A stretch of DNA of 32,000 bases, from contig NZ_CP021983.2 in the NCBI RefSeq assembly GCF_002075285.3, positions 1,590,001 to 1,622,000 on the forward strand, read 5' to 3'. A program made the position numbers and the translations under genes. This document shows positions 1 through 8,028 of this stretch, one piece after another. The DNA comes from Halomicronema hongdechloris C2206 (GTDB taxonomy: Bacteria > Cyanobacteriota > Cyanobacteriia > Phormidesmidales > Phormidesmidaceae). Every line of letters starts with the position of its first letter. The first letter of the stretch is position 1. The notes under the pieces are model-generated. The model was not told the DNA's origin and searched no databases. It saw only the letters and a list, made by a program, of their open reading frames with translations.

Positions 1-136
1 AGATAGCAAATACTACAGTCTTATCCATTGCTTGCAGAGCTGTTTAGGCGGCATGAAGTCCGTAGGACCCCTCTGCAGATTTGGCAGTCAGACTTGGGAT
101 AAGATGCCGATGATCTGTGCTAGAGAATCATTCTCC

Positions 137-1303
137 ATGTATGCCCTCACCCCGGCCACGCTCTACACCGGCCAGCAGCAGCTCTCGGGGCAGGCCTTGC
201 TGATTGAAGGGCAGCACATTATGGATGTGGTGCCGGTGGCAGTCCTGGCGGCTGCCTGCCCTCGAGTTCCTCTGCCAGGGCAACAGGTTGCCCCTGGCTT
301 CATTGACTTGCAGCTGAATGGTTGTGGCGGTGTGCTGTTCAATGACGCCATTACGGCTGAGACCTTAGATCGCATGCATCGCACCAATCTACGCAGCGGC
401 ACCACCAGCTTTCTGCCCACCCTGATTACTACATCGGACGACGCCATGGAGCAGGCCATGGCCGTAGTTCAGGCCTATCGCCAGCACTATCCCCAGCGAG
501 TGCTGGGCCTGCATCTGGAGGGACCTTACCTCAATCCCCAGCGTCGGGGGATTCACGATGGCCGCCATGTGCGGCCAGTGGACGAGGCCATGCTAGCCCG
601 GATCGCTCAATACGGCGGCGATACAGTGACAGTGGTGACCCTGGCCCCAGACATTACCGGCAGCGAGCCTATCCATTGCCTCAGCCAAGCCGGGATCGTG
701 GTCTCGGCAGGCCATAGCAATGCCAGCTATGAGCAGGCCCTGGCTGGGTTTGAGGCCGGCATCACCATGGTCACCCATCTCTTTAATGCCATGTCGCCCT
801 GGCACAGTCGGCAGCCGGGGCTGGTGGCAGCGGCTCTGAGTCGGCCGGAGGTCTATGCCGGCATCATTGCCGATGGTCTCCATGTCCACTTCGGCTCCGT
901 AGCTCTGGCCAAGCAGATTAAGGGAGACCGATTACTGCTGGTGAGTGATGCCATGCCGCCAGTGGGCACCCAGATGTTCTCCTTTTGGATTGGCCAGGAA
1001 GAGGTGTTCTATCGCCAGGGCAAGTGTGTTGCCGCCGATGGCACCCTGGGGGGCTCGGCCCTGACCCTGATGGCTGCTGTTGCCAATTGTGTGCAGCAGC
1101 TGCGGTTGCCCCTGGCCGAGGCCCTGCGCATGGCTAGCCTTTATCCGGCCCGTGCGATCGCACAGGACCATCATCTCGGCCTCATCGCTCCCGGCTACCT
1201 GGCTAACCTGGTGATCTTCGACCAGAGCCTACGGGTCACCGCCATCGTCGACCGAGGACAGCTGCAACTATTTGATGCAGCCCTAGAAGGTGCCGCCCTA
1301 TAG
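137..1303 (+). CDS. nagA: N-acetylglucosamine-6-phosphate deacetylase
   Basis: ORF 32..1303 carries NagA/amidohydrolase motifs GFIDLQLNGCGG, HLEGPYLNP, AGHSNASY and THLFNAM. The ATG at 137 (MYALTPATLYTG...) gives a NagA-sized protein of 388 aa. The upstream 35 codons look non-homologous. Confidence 0.85.
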   Translation: MYALTPATLYTGQQQLSGQALLIEGQHIMDVVPVAVLAAACPRVPLPGQQVAPGFIDLQLNGCGGVLFNDAITAETLDRMHRTNLRSGTTSFLPTLITTSDDAMEQAMAVVQAYRQHYPQRVLGLHLEGPYLNPQRRGIHDGRHVRPVDEAMLARIAQYGGDTVTVVTLAPDITGSEPIHCLSQAGIVVSAGHSNASYEQALAGFEAGITMVTHLFNAMSPWHSRQPGLVAAALSRPEVYAGIIADGLHVHFGSVALAKQIKGDRLLLVSDAMPPVGTQMFSFWIGQEEVFYRQGKCVAADGTLGGSALTLMAAVANCVQQLRLPLAEALRMASLYPARAIAQDHHLGLIAPGYLANLVIFDQSLRVTAIVDRGQLQLFDAALEGAAL

Positions 1304-1518
1304 GCGGAAAATCGGCCAGATAGGCGCGGCGCATGATCAGCATCTGATGCCACCAGTAGTGCCCGCCCACTAAAACTCAGCTCATCCGGAGAAGCACTAA
1401 CCTGGGCGATCGCCACCGGCTCAACAAGCTGGAGCCCTCCATAGCCCAACACCATTACCACCAATCCCAGAACGACTAAAGCAAAGCGCTTCCAAACCTT
1501 CGACTTGACCCGTTTCAT
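1195..1518 (-). CDS. hypothetical small membrane protein (doubtful)
   Basis: The track ORF 1195..1593 starts at a TTG. An internal ATG at 1518 gives MKRVKSKVWKRF plus one hydrophobic helix (ALVVLGLVVMVLGYGGL). The last ~36 codons run antisense through the nagA 3' end and look like Arg/Ser-rich antisense noise. Confidence 0.25.
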   Translation of the reverse strand: MKRVKSKVWKRFALVVLGLVVMVLGYGGLQLVEPVAIAQVSASPDELSFSGRALLVASDADHAPRLSGRFSAYRAAPSRAASNSCSCPRSTMAVTRRLWSKITRLAR

Positions 1519-1614
1519 CAGCTTCACAATCAGAGGGGGTAACCTAGCCACAACTGAAGTCACGATAAACTTTGGACTATGGTCCAGAGTCAAGGGGATA
1601 ACGCTGCAACAAAG

Positions 1615-1752
1615 ATGACAATTCGTGAGCTAGCGGATAGAACGGGCGTGTCAATTGACACCATTCGGTTTTATGAAAAGAGAGGCTGGCTGAATGCGGT
1701 TCACGTTCAACGGCAAGCTAACAATCAGCCGCAACCCACGTCAGTCCCTTAG
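1615..1752 (+). pseudogene. MerR-family HTH fragment (45 codons, below the ORF-track cutoff)
   Basis: Starts at ATG 1615. MTIRELADRTGVSIDTIRFYEKRGWL matches the N-terminal HTH signature of MerR regulators. It then runs into unrelated sequence and stops at TAG 1750-1752. No dimerisation or effector region follows in frame. Confidence 0.5.
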
Positions 1753-1991
1753 GGGTATTAGCTTTGACAAATAGCCAATTAAGGGGGGTAAAGGGAATTC
1801 CGCTGACACTGGGCTGGGAGCAAGGGGAGTCTTTATTTTTGTTTCAAAGTGTTGCGAAGAATGTCATTCGAGTAACGCTTCATGACTTACTCACAAGATC
1901 CTCACTTTCTCTTCTTACTGTTACAAATGGCGCTAGAGAAAAGGCTGATCAATTGTTATCTCGTCAGAGAGTATTTGAGGTTACTACGGCT

Positions 1992-2195
1992 ATGGCTACC
2001 TGCCCTTGTTGCACCAATCATTTAATGAGGCATATTCGTAACCAGGAAGTGTACTGGTTCTGCCGTCATTGTTGGCAAGCTATGCCTGCTGCCGATGATG
2101 GTCGTCTCGCTATTGCATCCTTGGGACATCGCCTTGATAAGGTGCTACAGCCCTCTCAACCGTCGGCGCTGGAATCTCTGGTGGCTATGTCTTAA
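1992..2195 (+). CDS. small zinc-ribbon protein (CPCC...CRHC)
   Basis: The track ORF 1764..2195 starts at a TTG. The internal ATG at 1992 gives MATCPCCTNHLMRHIRNQEVYWFCRHCWQAMP, two CxxC pairs typical of a 4-Cys zinc ribbon. I recall similar small ORFs in cyanobacteria. The start is uncertain. Confidence 0.45.
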   Translation: MATCPCCTNHLMRHIRNQEVYWFCRHCWQAMPAADDGRLAIASLGHRLDKVLQPSQPSALESLVAMS

Positions 2196-2323
2196 CCGGC
2201 CTACGATGTCGCTCTCTAGCGTCGTATCTGAGTCGTTTTCCACGTTATTTGCATCATCAGTGGTGTGGGGTCTGTCTACGGTGACAGCACTGTCTTTGTT
2301 GAGTGTAGATAGCCATAATAACC

Positions 2324-2623
2324 ATGTTGACAATTACGTCTGAGCAAACCCAACTTGTTGTTACCTCAGATATTGCTGAGGTGTTACGGGGCTATCCGTT
2401 TTATCCCTATCATCGGGCCTTCATGGTGTCGTCGCGGCGGCATCAATTGATCGATTTCATTGTGACCCACACGGCTCAAGATCCCATGGCTCATCGTAGT
2501 CAGCATCAGGACGCTTATCAACATCTGATTCGCACCGGAATCGAACAAGTCTTAGGTCATGAGCAGAGTTTTTCTGACCCTAGCCAATCGAAGCAAGAGA
2601 ATGTCTCCCACTGGTTTGGTTAG
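2324..2623 (+). CDS. hypothetical protein
   Basis: 99-aa ORF starting at ATG 2324, convergent with purB. I recognise no motif. It lies in the AT-richer segment. Confidence 0.4.
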   Translation: MLTITSEQTQLVVTSDIAEVLRGYPFYPYHRAFMVSSRRHQLIDFIVTHTAQDPMAHRSQHQDAYQHLIRTGIEQVLGHEQSFSDPSQSKQENVSHWFG

Positions 2624-2648
2624 GGGATGGGGTGAACGCGTTAGACAC

Positions 2649-3944
2649 TTAAATACACAGACGCTGATAGATCTGATCTAAGTGGCGCAAATGATGTTGT
2701 GGGTCGAAGCAGGCAGCGATTTCTTCAGTCGATAAGTACTGCTTCACTTGCTCATTATGGCGGATTTGAGCTTGGAAATCGCCGTCTTCCCGATTCCAGG
2801 CGCTATGGGCGCAAGATTGAACGATGGCATAGGCATCTTCTCGACTCATGCCCTTATTGACTAGGGCTAGCAATATCTGCTGACTAAAGACGACGCCGCC
2901 GTAGACGGTCATGTTGCGCTGCATGTTGTTGGGATGCACCAAGAGATGCTTCACTAAGTCGGTGATCTCTACCAGCATAAAGTGCACCAAAATGCAGGAA
3001 TCGGGAAAGATCACCCGTTCCACTGAACTATGGGAAATATCCCGTTCGTGCCACAGAGCCACATTTTCCAGGGCGGCCATGGCATTGCTCCGGAGGATGC
3101 GAGCTAGCCCAGTCAGCCGTTCAGAACGAATGGGGTTGCGTTTGTGGGGCATGGCTGAGGACCCTTTCTGCCCTTGGGCAAAAAATTCCTCGACTTCTAA
3201 AACATCGGTGCGTTGCAGATTTCGTATTTCTACGGCAAACCGCTCGATAGAGGCCGCCACCAGGGCCAGGGCATTCATAAATTCACTATGGATGTCTCGG
3301 GAAATGACCTGGGTTGAGGCGGTATCGGGCCGTAATCCTAGTTTTTGGCAGGCGAGGGCCTCTACTTTGGGATCGATGTTGGCATAAGTACCGACGGCAC
3401 CGGAGATCTTACCGACCGCAATGTGCTCTTGCAGTTGGGTTAATCGCTCTCGGTGGCGCAGCATCTCAGCTAGCCAGCCAGCCAGCTTAACGCCAAAGGT
3501 GATCGGTTCGGCATGAATGCCGTGGGAACGGCCGATCATGACTGTGTGGCGGTGTTTTTGAGCTTTATAGCGCAGGGCCTGGATCAGGTCTTCCAGGCAA
3601 CTCATGATCAGCTGTAAGCTATCCACCAGCTGCAGGGATAGAGCCGTGTCTAGCATGTCGGAGCTGGTCATGCCGAGATGAATATAGCGGCCGGCTTCGC
3701 CCACATGTTCGTTGAGGTTAGTCAAGAAGGCGATGACGTCGTGGCGAACCTCGGCCTCGATCTCAAGAATCCGCTGGGGATCGAATTGGGCCTTGGCCTT
3801 GATGGTCTCGACTGCATCTGAGGGGATGTAGCCCAGTTCTGCCTGGGCTTCACAGACAGCGACTTCGACCCGCAGCCAGGTTTGATACTTGTAGAGGTCG
3901 GTCCAGAGTTGGCCCATTGCGGGCAGGGTATAGCGTTCGATCAA
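2649..3944 (-). CDS. purB: adenylosuccinate lyase
   Basis: Homology starts at (L/M)IERYTLPAMGQLWTD..., which is the canonical PurB N-terminus, and continues through fumarate-lyase family sequence (GSSAMPHKRNP). A TTG at 3944 gives 431 aa. The ATG at 4046 would add 34 non-homologous residues and overlap the upstream gene by 35 nt. Confidence 0.9.
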   Translation of the reverse strand: MIERYTLPAMGQLWTDLYKYQTWLRVEVAVCEAQAELGYIPSDAVETIKAKAQFDPQRILEIEAEVRHDVIAFLTNLNEHVGEAGRYIHLGMTSSDMLDTALSLQLVDSLQLIMSCLEDLIQALRYKAQKHRHTVMIGRSHGIHAEPITFGVKLAGWLAEMLRHRERLTQLQEHIAVGKISGAVGTYANIDPKVEALACQKLGLRPDTASTQVISRDIHSEFMNALALVAASIERFAVEIRNLQRTDVLEVEEFFAQGQKGSSAMPHKRNPIRSERLTGLARILRSNAMAALENVALWHERDISHSSVERVIFPDSCILVHFMLVEITDLVKHLLVHPNNMQRNMTVYGGVVFSQQILLALVNKGMSREDAYAIVQSCAHSAWNREDGDFQAQIRHNEQVKQYLSTEEIAACFDPQHHLRHLDQIYQRLCI

Positions 3945-4011
3945 GGCCCGTGTCGCAGAATACAACCGCTCTATTGTACCCGGCCAGCTTCCCCATGGCG
4001 GCAATCGGGTC

Positions 4012-5046
4012 TTACCCGACGACGGCCTGCCGTACCATGGCTGCATCTAATTGCCGGCCGATGATGACAAGGCGGGTCAAGGGGGGCTCGCCATTAGCCC
4101 AGGGGCGGTCGTAAAAGCTTTCGAAGCGCTGACCAACCCCATGCAGCACTAGGCGTCTGGGTTTTTGGGGGACGTGGACAAAGCCTTTGATGCGATAGAT
4201 TTCTCGCTGCTCTACTAGGGATTGCAGTCGCTGGATTAGCTCCTGGGGCTGAAAACTGTGGTCGAGGGTGAGGGGAATGGCGGTGATGTCGTCGTCGTGG
4301 TCATGGTCTACCGCATGATCATGGTGGCTGGGGCGACTGTCTAGGTTGTCTTCGACGGCGGCATTGAAACCCAACAGCAAATCAGCTGGGAGGGCACCTC
4401 GGTGGCAGGGAACTAATTTAACGCCTGGTGGTAGTTGCGATCGCATCCAGGCCTCCACTTGCTGTCGTGTGGCCTCATCTACCTGGTCCACCTTACTCAA
4501 AAGCACCAGATCCGCACAGCGGAGCTGATCCTCAAATAGTTCCTCAATGGGGGTCTCATGCTCTAGGCTATCGTCGGCCTGACGTTGGGCTTCCAGGGCA
4601 CTGAGGTCTCCCACCAATTGTCCTGAGGCCAGCGCCTCACAATCCACCACCGTGATCACGCCGTCTACTGTGGCCTGGGTGCGAATCTGGGGCCAGCGGA
4701 AGGCTTGCACCAGCGGTTTGGGCAGAGCCAATCCGGACGTCTCAATCACGATGCAATCGATCTGGTCCCGCCGCTGCATCAACATTTGCATTGTGGGTAG
4801 AAATTCCTCCTGCACGGTGCAGCAGAGACAGCCATTGGTCAACTCTACGATAGTGCTTAGGGCAGTCTTATCTTCATCGCAGACCTGACACCCTTGCAGC
4901 AAGTCGCCATCAATGCCCACCTCACCAAATTCATTGACCAGCACCGCAATGCGACGGCCCTGGTTATGTTGCAACAGGTGGCGTACCAGGGTGGTTTTAC
5001 CCGCCCCCAGAAAGCCGGTAATAACGGTCACTGGAATTTTATGCAT
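4012..5046 (-). CDS. COG0523/CobW-family G3E GTPase metallochaperone with His-rich tract
   Basis: Contains a P-loop (ITGFLGAGKTTLV), the CxCC metal motif (GCLCCT), a His/Asp-rich insert (SHHDHAVDHDHDDD) and a CobW C-terminal region. The ATG at 5046 (MHKIPVTVITGF) fits family N-termini better than the start at 5109. Confidence 0.85.
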   Translation of the reverse strand: MHKIPVTVITGFLGAGKTTLVRHLLQHNQGRRIAVLVNEFGEVGIDGDLLQGCQVCDEDKTALSTIVELTNGCLCCTVQEEFLPTMQMLMQRRDQIDCIVIETSGLALPKPLVQAFRWPQIRTQATVDGVITVVDCEALASGQLVGDLSALEAQRQADDSLEHETPIEELFEDQLRCADLVLLSKVDQVDEATRQQVEAWMRSQLPPGVKLVPCHRGALPADLLLGFNAAVEDNLDSRPSHHDHAVDHDHDDDITAIPLTLDHSFQPQELIQRLQSLVEQREIYRIKGFVHVPQKPRRLVLHGVGQRFESFYDRPWANGEPPLTRLVIIGRQLDAAMVRQAVVG

Positions 5047-5251
5047 TGGACTACGTTGGTGGTTGAAACGGCGCTGTAACCTCTGGCGACTGCTCCTCGC
5101 CAAAGCCAAATCCCATTTAACCTACCATGCCCATTGCCATGCCATCCATCGTCAGGGGCAATGCCTAAATCCGCAAATCAGCTCTCCAATCGACTGACCC
5201 CCATTTTCCTACGGTTGCCCGCTTCAGGGCCGTCAACGTCAAAGCAGTTAT

Positions 5252-5266
5252 TGATATATATTTTCA
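5252..5266. promoter_or_regulatory. candidate Fur-family (Zur/Fur-like) 7-1-7 box
   Basis: TGATATA-T-ATTTTCA matches 11 of 14 defined positions of TGATAAT-N-ATTATCA. It sits in the divergent region between the COG0523 gene and the multicopper oxidase gene. A TATACT -10-like hexamer lies at 5273-5278. Confidence 0.3.
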
Positions 5267-5304
5267 ACTGAGTATACTGATTACTGATTGAGCGTCGATC
5301 CCTA

Positions 5305-6309
5305 ATGGCTGAGTCTCCTCCATCCCATCCCCGGACAAGACGCCCCTGGCGGCGACGGCAAGTTCTGGCCTGGGCTGCTGCTGGTATGGGGGCCCTGGCT
5401 CTAGGCGGCTTAGGGCGACATTGGCGCCGCCAGTCTTTGGCAGAGGTTCGCGTCCCTACCCAGGACGCGGCGATGGATCTGAACCTACCCTACGACCCTA
5501 TCGCCCTGCTACGGGACTTTAACTACGGTACCCTGCGTCACGAAGCAACCGGGCCAGTGCGGGAGTTTGAGGTGGTGGCTGACAGCGTGACCCTCCCCCT
5601 AAACTCGGCCATTTCCTTCGTCAGTTGGAACCTGAACAGACGGGTGCCTGGTCCCACCTTACGGGCCCAAGCCGGGGAGCGGGTGCGCATTATTTTCCAC
5701 AATCAAGATGGGCATTCTCATAGTTTGCACTTTCACGGCACCCACCCAGCGGCCATGGATGGCATCGATCCAGTGCGCCACGGTAAAACGTTTATCTATG
5801 AGTTCGATGCCGAGCCCTTTGGGGTGCATCCTTATCATTGCCATATCGAACCCGTCACCCGCCACATCGGCAAAGGACTCTACGGGCTCTTGATCGTAGA
5901 TCCTCCCCAAGCCCGCCCCTCGGCCGATGAGATGGTCTTGGTGATGGCTGGCTATGACATCAATGACGACCAACGCAATGAGCTGTATGCGTTCAACGGT
6001 ATCCCCAATATTTACCGGGACCATCCCATTGCCATCTATCAACATCAGCGAGTGCGGCTTTATCTACTCAATATGATCGAGTTTGACCCCGTCGCCAGCT
6101 TTCATATTCATGCCAACCTGTTTCAGGTATATCCCACTGGCCGCACCCTAGAGCCTAGCCAAGAAACGGATGTGATTACCTTGGGAACAGCGGAGCGGCA
6201 TATTTTAGAATTTGCCTACGCCTATCCAGGCTGCTACATGTTCCATCCCCACCAGGACGTGATGGCCGCCAATGGCTGCATTGGCTACTTCGACGTGCTC
6301 AAGGCCTAA
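5305..6309 (+). CDS. Tat-exported two-domain multicopper oxidase / cupredoxin protein
   Basis: Twin-arginine signal (RRPWRRRQVLAWAAAGMGALALG). Copper-ligand motifs are HSLHFHG (HxHG), YHCHIEPVTRHIGKGL (HCH...H), FHIHAN and FHPHQD. Size (334 aa) is similar to SLAC/NirK. Confidence 0.8.
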   Translation: MAESPPSHPRTRRPWRRRQVLAWAAAGMGALALGGLGRHWRRQSLAEVRVPTQDAAMDLNLPYDPIALLRDFNYGTLRHEATGPVREFEVVADSVTLPLNSAISFVSWNLNRRVPGPTLRAQAGERVRIIFHNQDGHSHSLHFHGTHPAAMDGIDPVRHGKTFIYEFDAEPFGVHPYHCHIEPVTRHIGKGLYGLLIVDPPQARPSADEMVLVMAGYDINDDQRNELYAFNGIPNIYRDHPIAIYQHQRVRLYLLNMIEFDPVASFHIHANLFQVYPTGRTLEPSQETDVITLGTAERHILEFAYAYPGCYMFHPHQDVMAANGCIGYFDVLKA

Positions 6310-6380
6310 GGCCTATTGACAGCAACAGGCATAGGTTCTAAAGTTACAGGGAAACTATATGAAAATTGTTCTCAACTAAT

Positions 6381-7232
6381 ATGGCCACACGACTAAAGCC
6401 CGTTAACTTCTTTCTAGCCCTAGGATTGACGGCGACCTTAGGAGCCTGCGGCACCCCTACGGCAGACGGTGAAGCCGGGGGAGAGGCAGCATCCGAGCCG
6501 ACTGCAGCCGTGGATGCTGGCGGTGAAGGCGGCGAAGGCGGTGAAGGTGGTGAAGGTGGTGAAGGTGGCGAAGGTGGCGAAGGTGGTGAAGGTGGCGAAG
6601 GCGGTGCCACTGGTAACCCTACCGTCGATTACCTGACTTCCTTGGCCCTGATGAAGGGTCACTTAATGGTTGCTGACGAACTGCTGCAGCAAGGCAACTA
6701 CGCAGAGGCTGAACCCCACATCGGTCATCCGGTTGATGAGCTCTATGGGGGAATTGAAGGACAATTGGTTACCTACGAGGCCGCTCCCTTTAAGGACACC
6801 CTGGTAGAGCTTCATGATCTAGCCAAATCAGCCCCTGACAGCGCTGAGATGGCGGAACAGTTTGAGACGGCCATGGCGGCTGTCGATGACGCCATGGCAG
6901 CGGTGCCCCAGGAGCAGCGTCAATCCCCAGAGGTGGTGATGGCGGTGGTCAATGAAATGCTGACGACCGCAGCTGCAGAGTACGAGGCTGCGATCGCAAA
7001 TAATAAATTCGTTGAAATCGTTGAATATCAAGATTCCCGCGGCTTTGTCCTCTACGCCGAAGACCTCTATCAAGGGGTTGCCGATCAGATGGATGAGCAA
7101 GATGCCGCCGAGATTGCCGCCGCCTTCGAGGAGTTGAAAACGGCTTGGCCCTCAGTCAACCCCCCCGAGGCACCGATCAAATCTCCATCTGAGATCAATG
7201 GCCTCGTCTCTGAAGTCGAACTGCACAGCTAA
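6381..7232 (+). CDS. acidic periplasmic lipoprotein with (GGE)9 linker
   Basis: ATG at 6381. Signal peptide ends in the lipobox LGAC. A Gly/Glu low-complexity repeat is followed by an Ala/Glu-rich helical domain (HIGHPVDELYG). No family was recognised. Confidence 0.7.
   Translation: MATRLKPVNFFLALGLTATLGACGTPTADGEAGGEAASEPTAAVDAGGEGGEGGEGGEGGEGGEGGEGGEGGEGGATGNPTVDYLTSLALMKGHLMVADELLQQGNYAEAEPHIGHPVDELYGGIEGQLVTYEAAPFKDTLVELHDLAKSAPDSAEMAEQFETAMAAVDDAMAAVPQEQRQSPEVVMAVVNEMLTTAAAEYEAAIANNKFVEIVEYQDSRGFVLYAEDLYQGVADQMDEQDAAEIAAAFEELKTAWPSVNPPEAPIKSPSEINGLVSEVELHS
6522..6602 (+). repeat. nine tandem copies of the 9-bp unit GGY GAA GGY (encodes GEG x9)
   Basis: Read directly from the sequence: ggtgaaggc ggcgaaggc ggtgaaggt ggtgaaggt ggtgaaggt ggcgaaggt ggcgaaggt ggtgaaggt ggcgaaggc. 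The units are in frame within the lipoprotein gene. Confidence 0.9.
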
Positions 7233-7289
7233 CTGCCTGTCAGCGTCATTTAGCGACTGAGTGCCCCATCCTTGCCACCTATCCCCCTA

Positions 7290-7318
7290 GTCCGGTCAGT
7301 TTCCTGGCCGGACTTTTC
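7290..7318 (+). terminator. candidate rho-independent terminator after the lipoprotein gene
   Basis: Stem GTCCGGT/GCCGGAC (6 bp plus a G-U pair) with a 10-nt loop, followed by TTTTCT. It lies 58 nt after the stop codon. Confidence 0.5.
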
Positions 7319-7350
7319 TAAGATGATATGGCGTCATTGTATTTCCAATC

Positions 7351-8010
7351 ATGCTATTCCAGGTTCCCGAGGTATTAACCCCAGACGAGTTAACCCAGCT
7401 GACTCAGACCTTAACCCAGGCCGAATTTATCGATGGAAAACTGACCGCTGGTTGGCATGCCAAGCTGGTCAAGCATAATCAGCAACTGGCCAAGACGGTG
7501 CCAGAAGCCGCCAGCCTGAAACAGCAAATCAAGACCGCCTTAAATCGCCATCCTCTGTTTCAGATTGCGGTGCGGCCCAAGACCATTCATTCGATTCTAT
7601 TTAGTCGCTACACTGCCGGTATGAGCTATGGTCTCCACGTCGATAATGCTCTGATGGCGGGCCATCGCTCTGATGTGTCGTTTACAGTGTTTCTCTCGGC
7701 TCCAGAAGAGTATAGCGGTGGTGAGTTGGTCATTGCCGGCCCGGACGATGAACAAGGCTACCGACTCACCGCTGGCTCAGCCTTGGTGTATCCATCCACG
7801 ACTCTACATCGAGTAGATCCGGTGACCCAGGGAGAACGGCTGGTGGCTGTGGGGTGGGCCCAGAGTTGGGTACGGGATGCGGCCCAGCGAGAGCTATTAT
7901 TTGATCTAGAGACAGCCCGCCGCAGTTTATTTGCCAAGGACGGTAAGACCCCTGAGTTTGACTTGCTGTCTAAGAGCATGGCGAATCTATTGCGCCGTTG
8001 GTGTGATTAA
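7351..8010 (+). CDS. piuC: PKHD-type Fe(II)/2-oxoglutarate hydroxylase (PiuC/YbiX family)
   Basis: The N-terminus MLFQVPEVLTPDELTQL...FIDGKLTAGWHAKLVKHNQQL is family-typical. It also has HVDN (HxD) and a distal His (STTLHRV), and a family-typical size of 219 aa. Confidence 0.8.
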   Translation: MLFQVPEVLTPDELTQLTQTLTQAEFIDGKLTAGWHAKLVKHNQQLAKTVPEAASLKQQIKTALNRHPLFQIAVRPKTIHSILFSRYTAGMSYGLHVDNALMAGHRSDVSFTVFLSAPEEYSGGELVIAGPDDEQGYRLTAGSALVYPSTTLHRVDPVTQGERLVAVGWAQSWVRDAAQRELLFDLETARRSLFAKDGKTPEFDLLSKSMANLLRRWCD

Positions 8011-8028
8011 TCTGGCTGCGATGAGCGC

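Noticed and set aside
2095-2343. Overlapping ORFs 2095..2343 (+) and 2145..2333 (-) between the zinc-ribbon ORF and the 2324 ORF.
   Set aside because: They overlap better-supported frames and have no recognisable motifs. The hydrophobic stretch could be chance. I cannot support either one.
5132-5163. Inverted repeat CATTGCC-N18-GGCAATG upstream of the COG0523 gene.
   Set aside because: It is a 7-bp stem with a long loop and no adjacent T-tract. It has no known motif match and is insufficient to call a regulatory element.
6344-6610. Minus-strand ORF encoding a PSPPSPPSPP... proline-rich protein, plus the overlapping 6438..6662 ORF.
   Set aside because: It is the antisense reading of the GGYGAAGGY tandem repeat inside the lipoprotein gene. 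It has no independent start context or homology.
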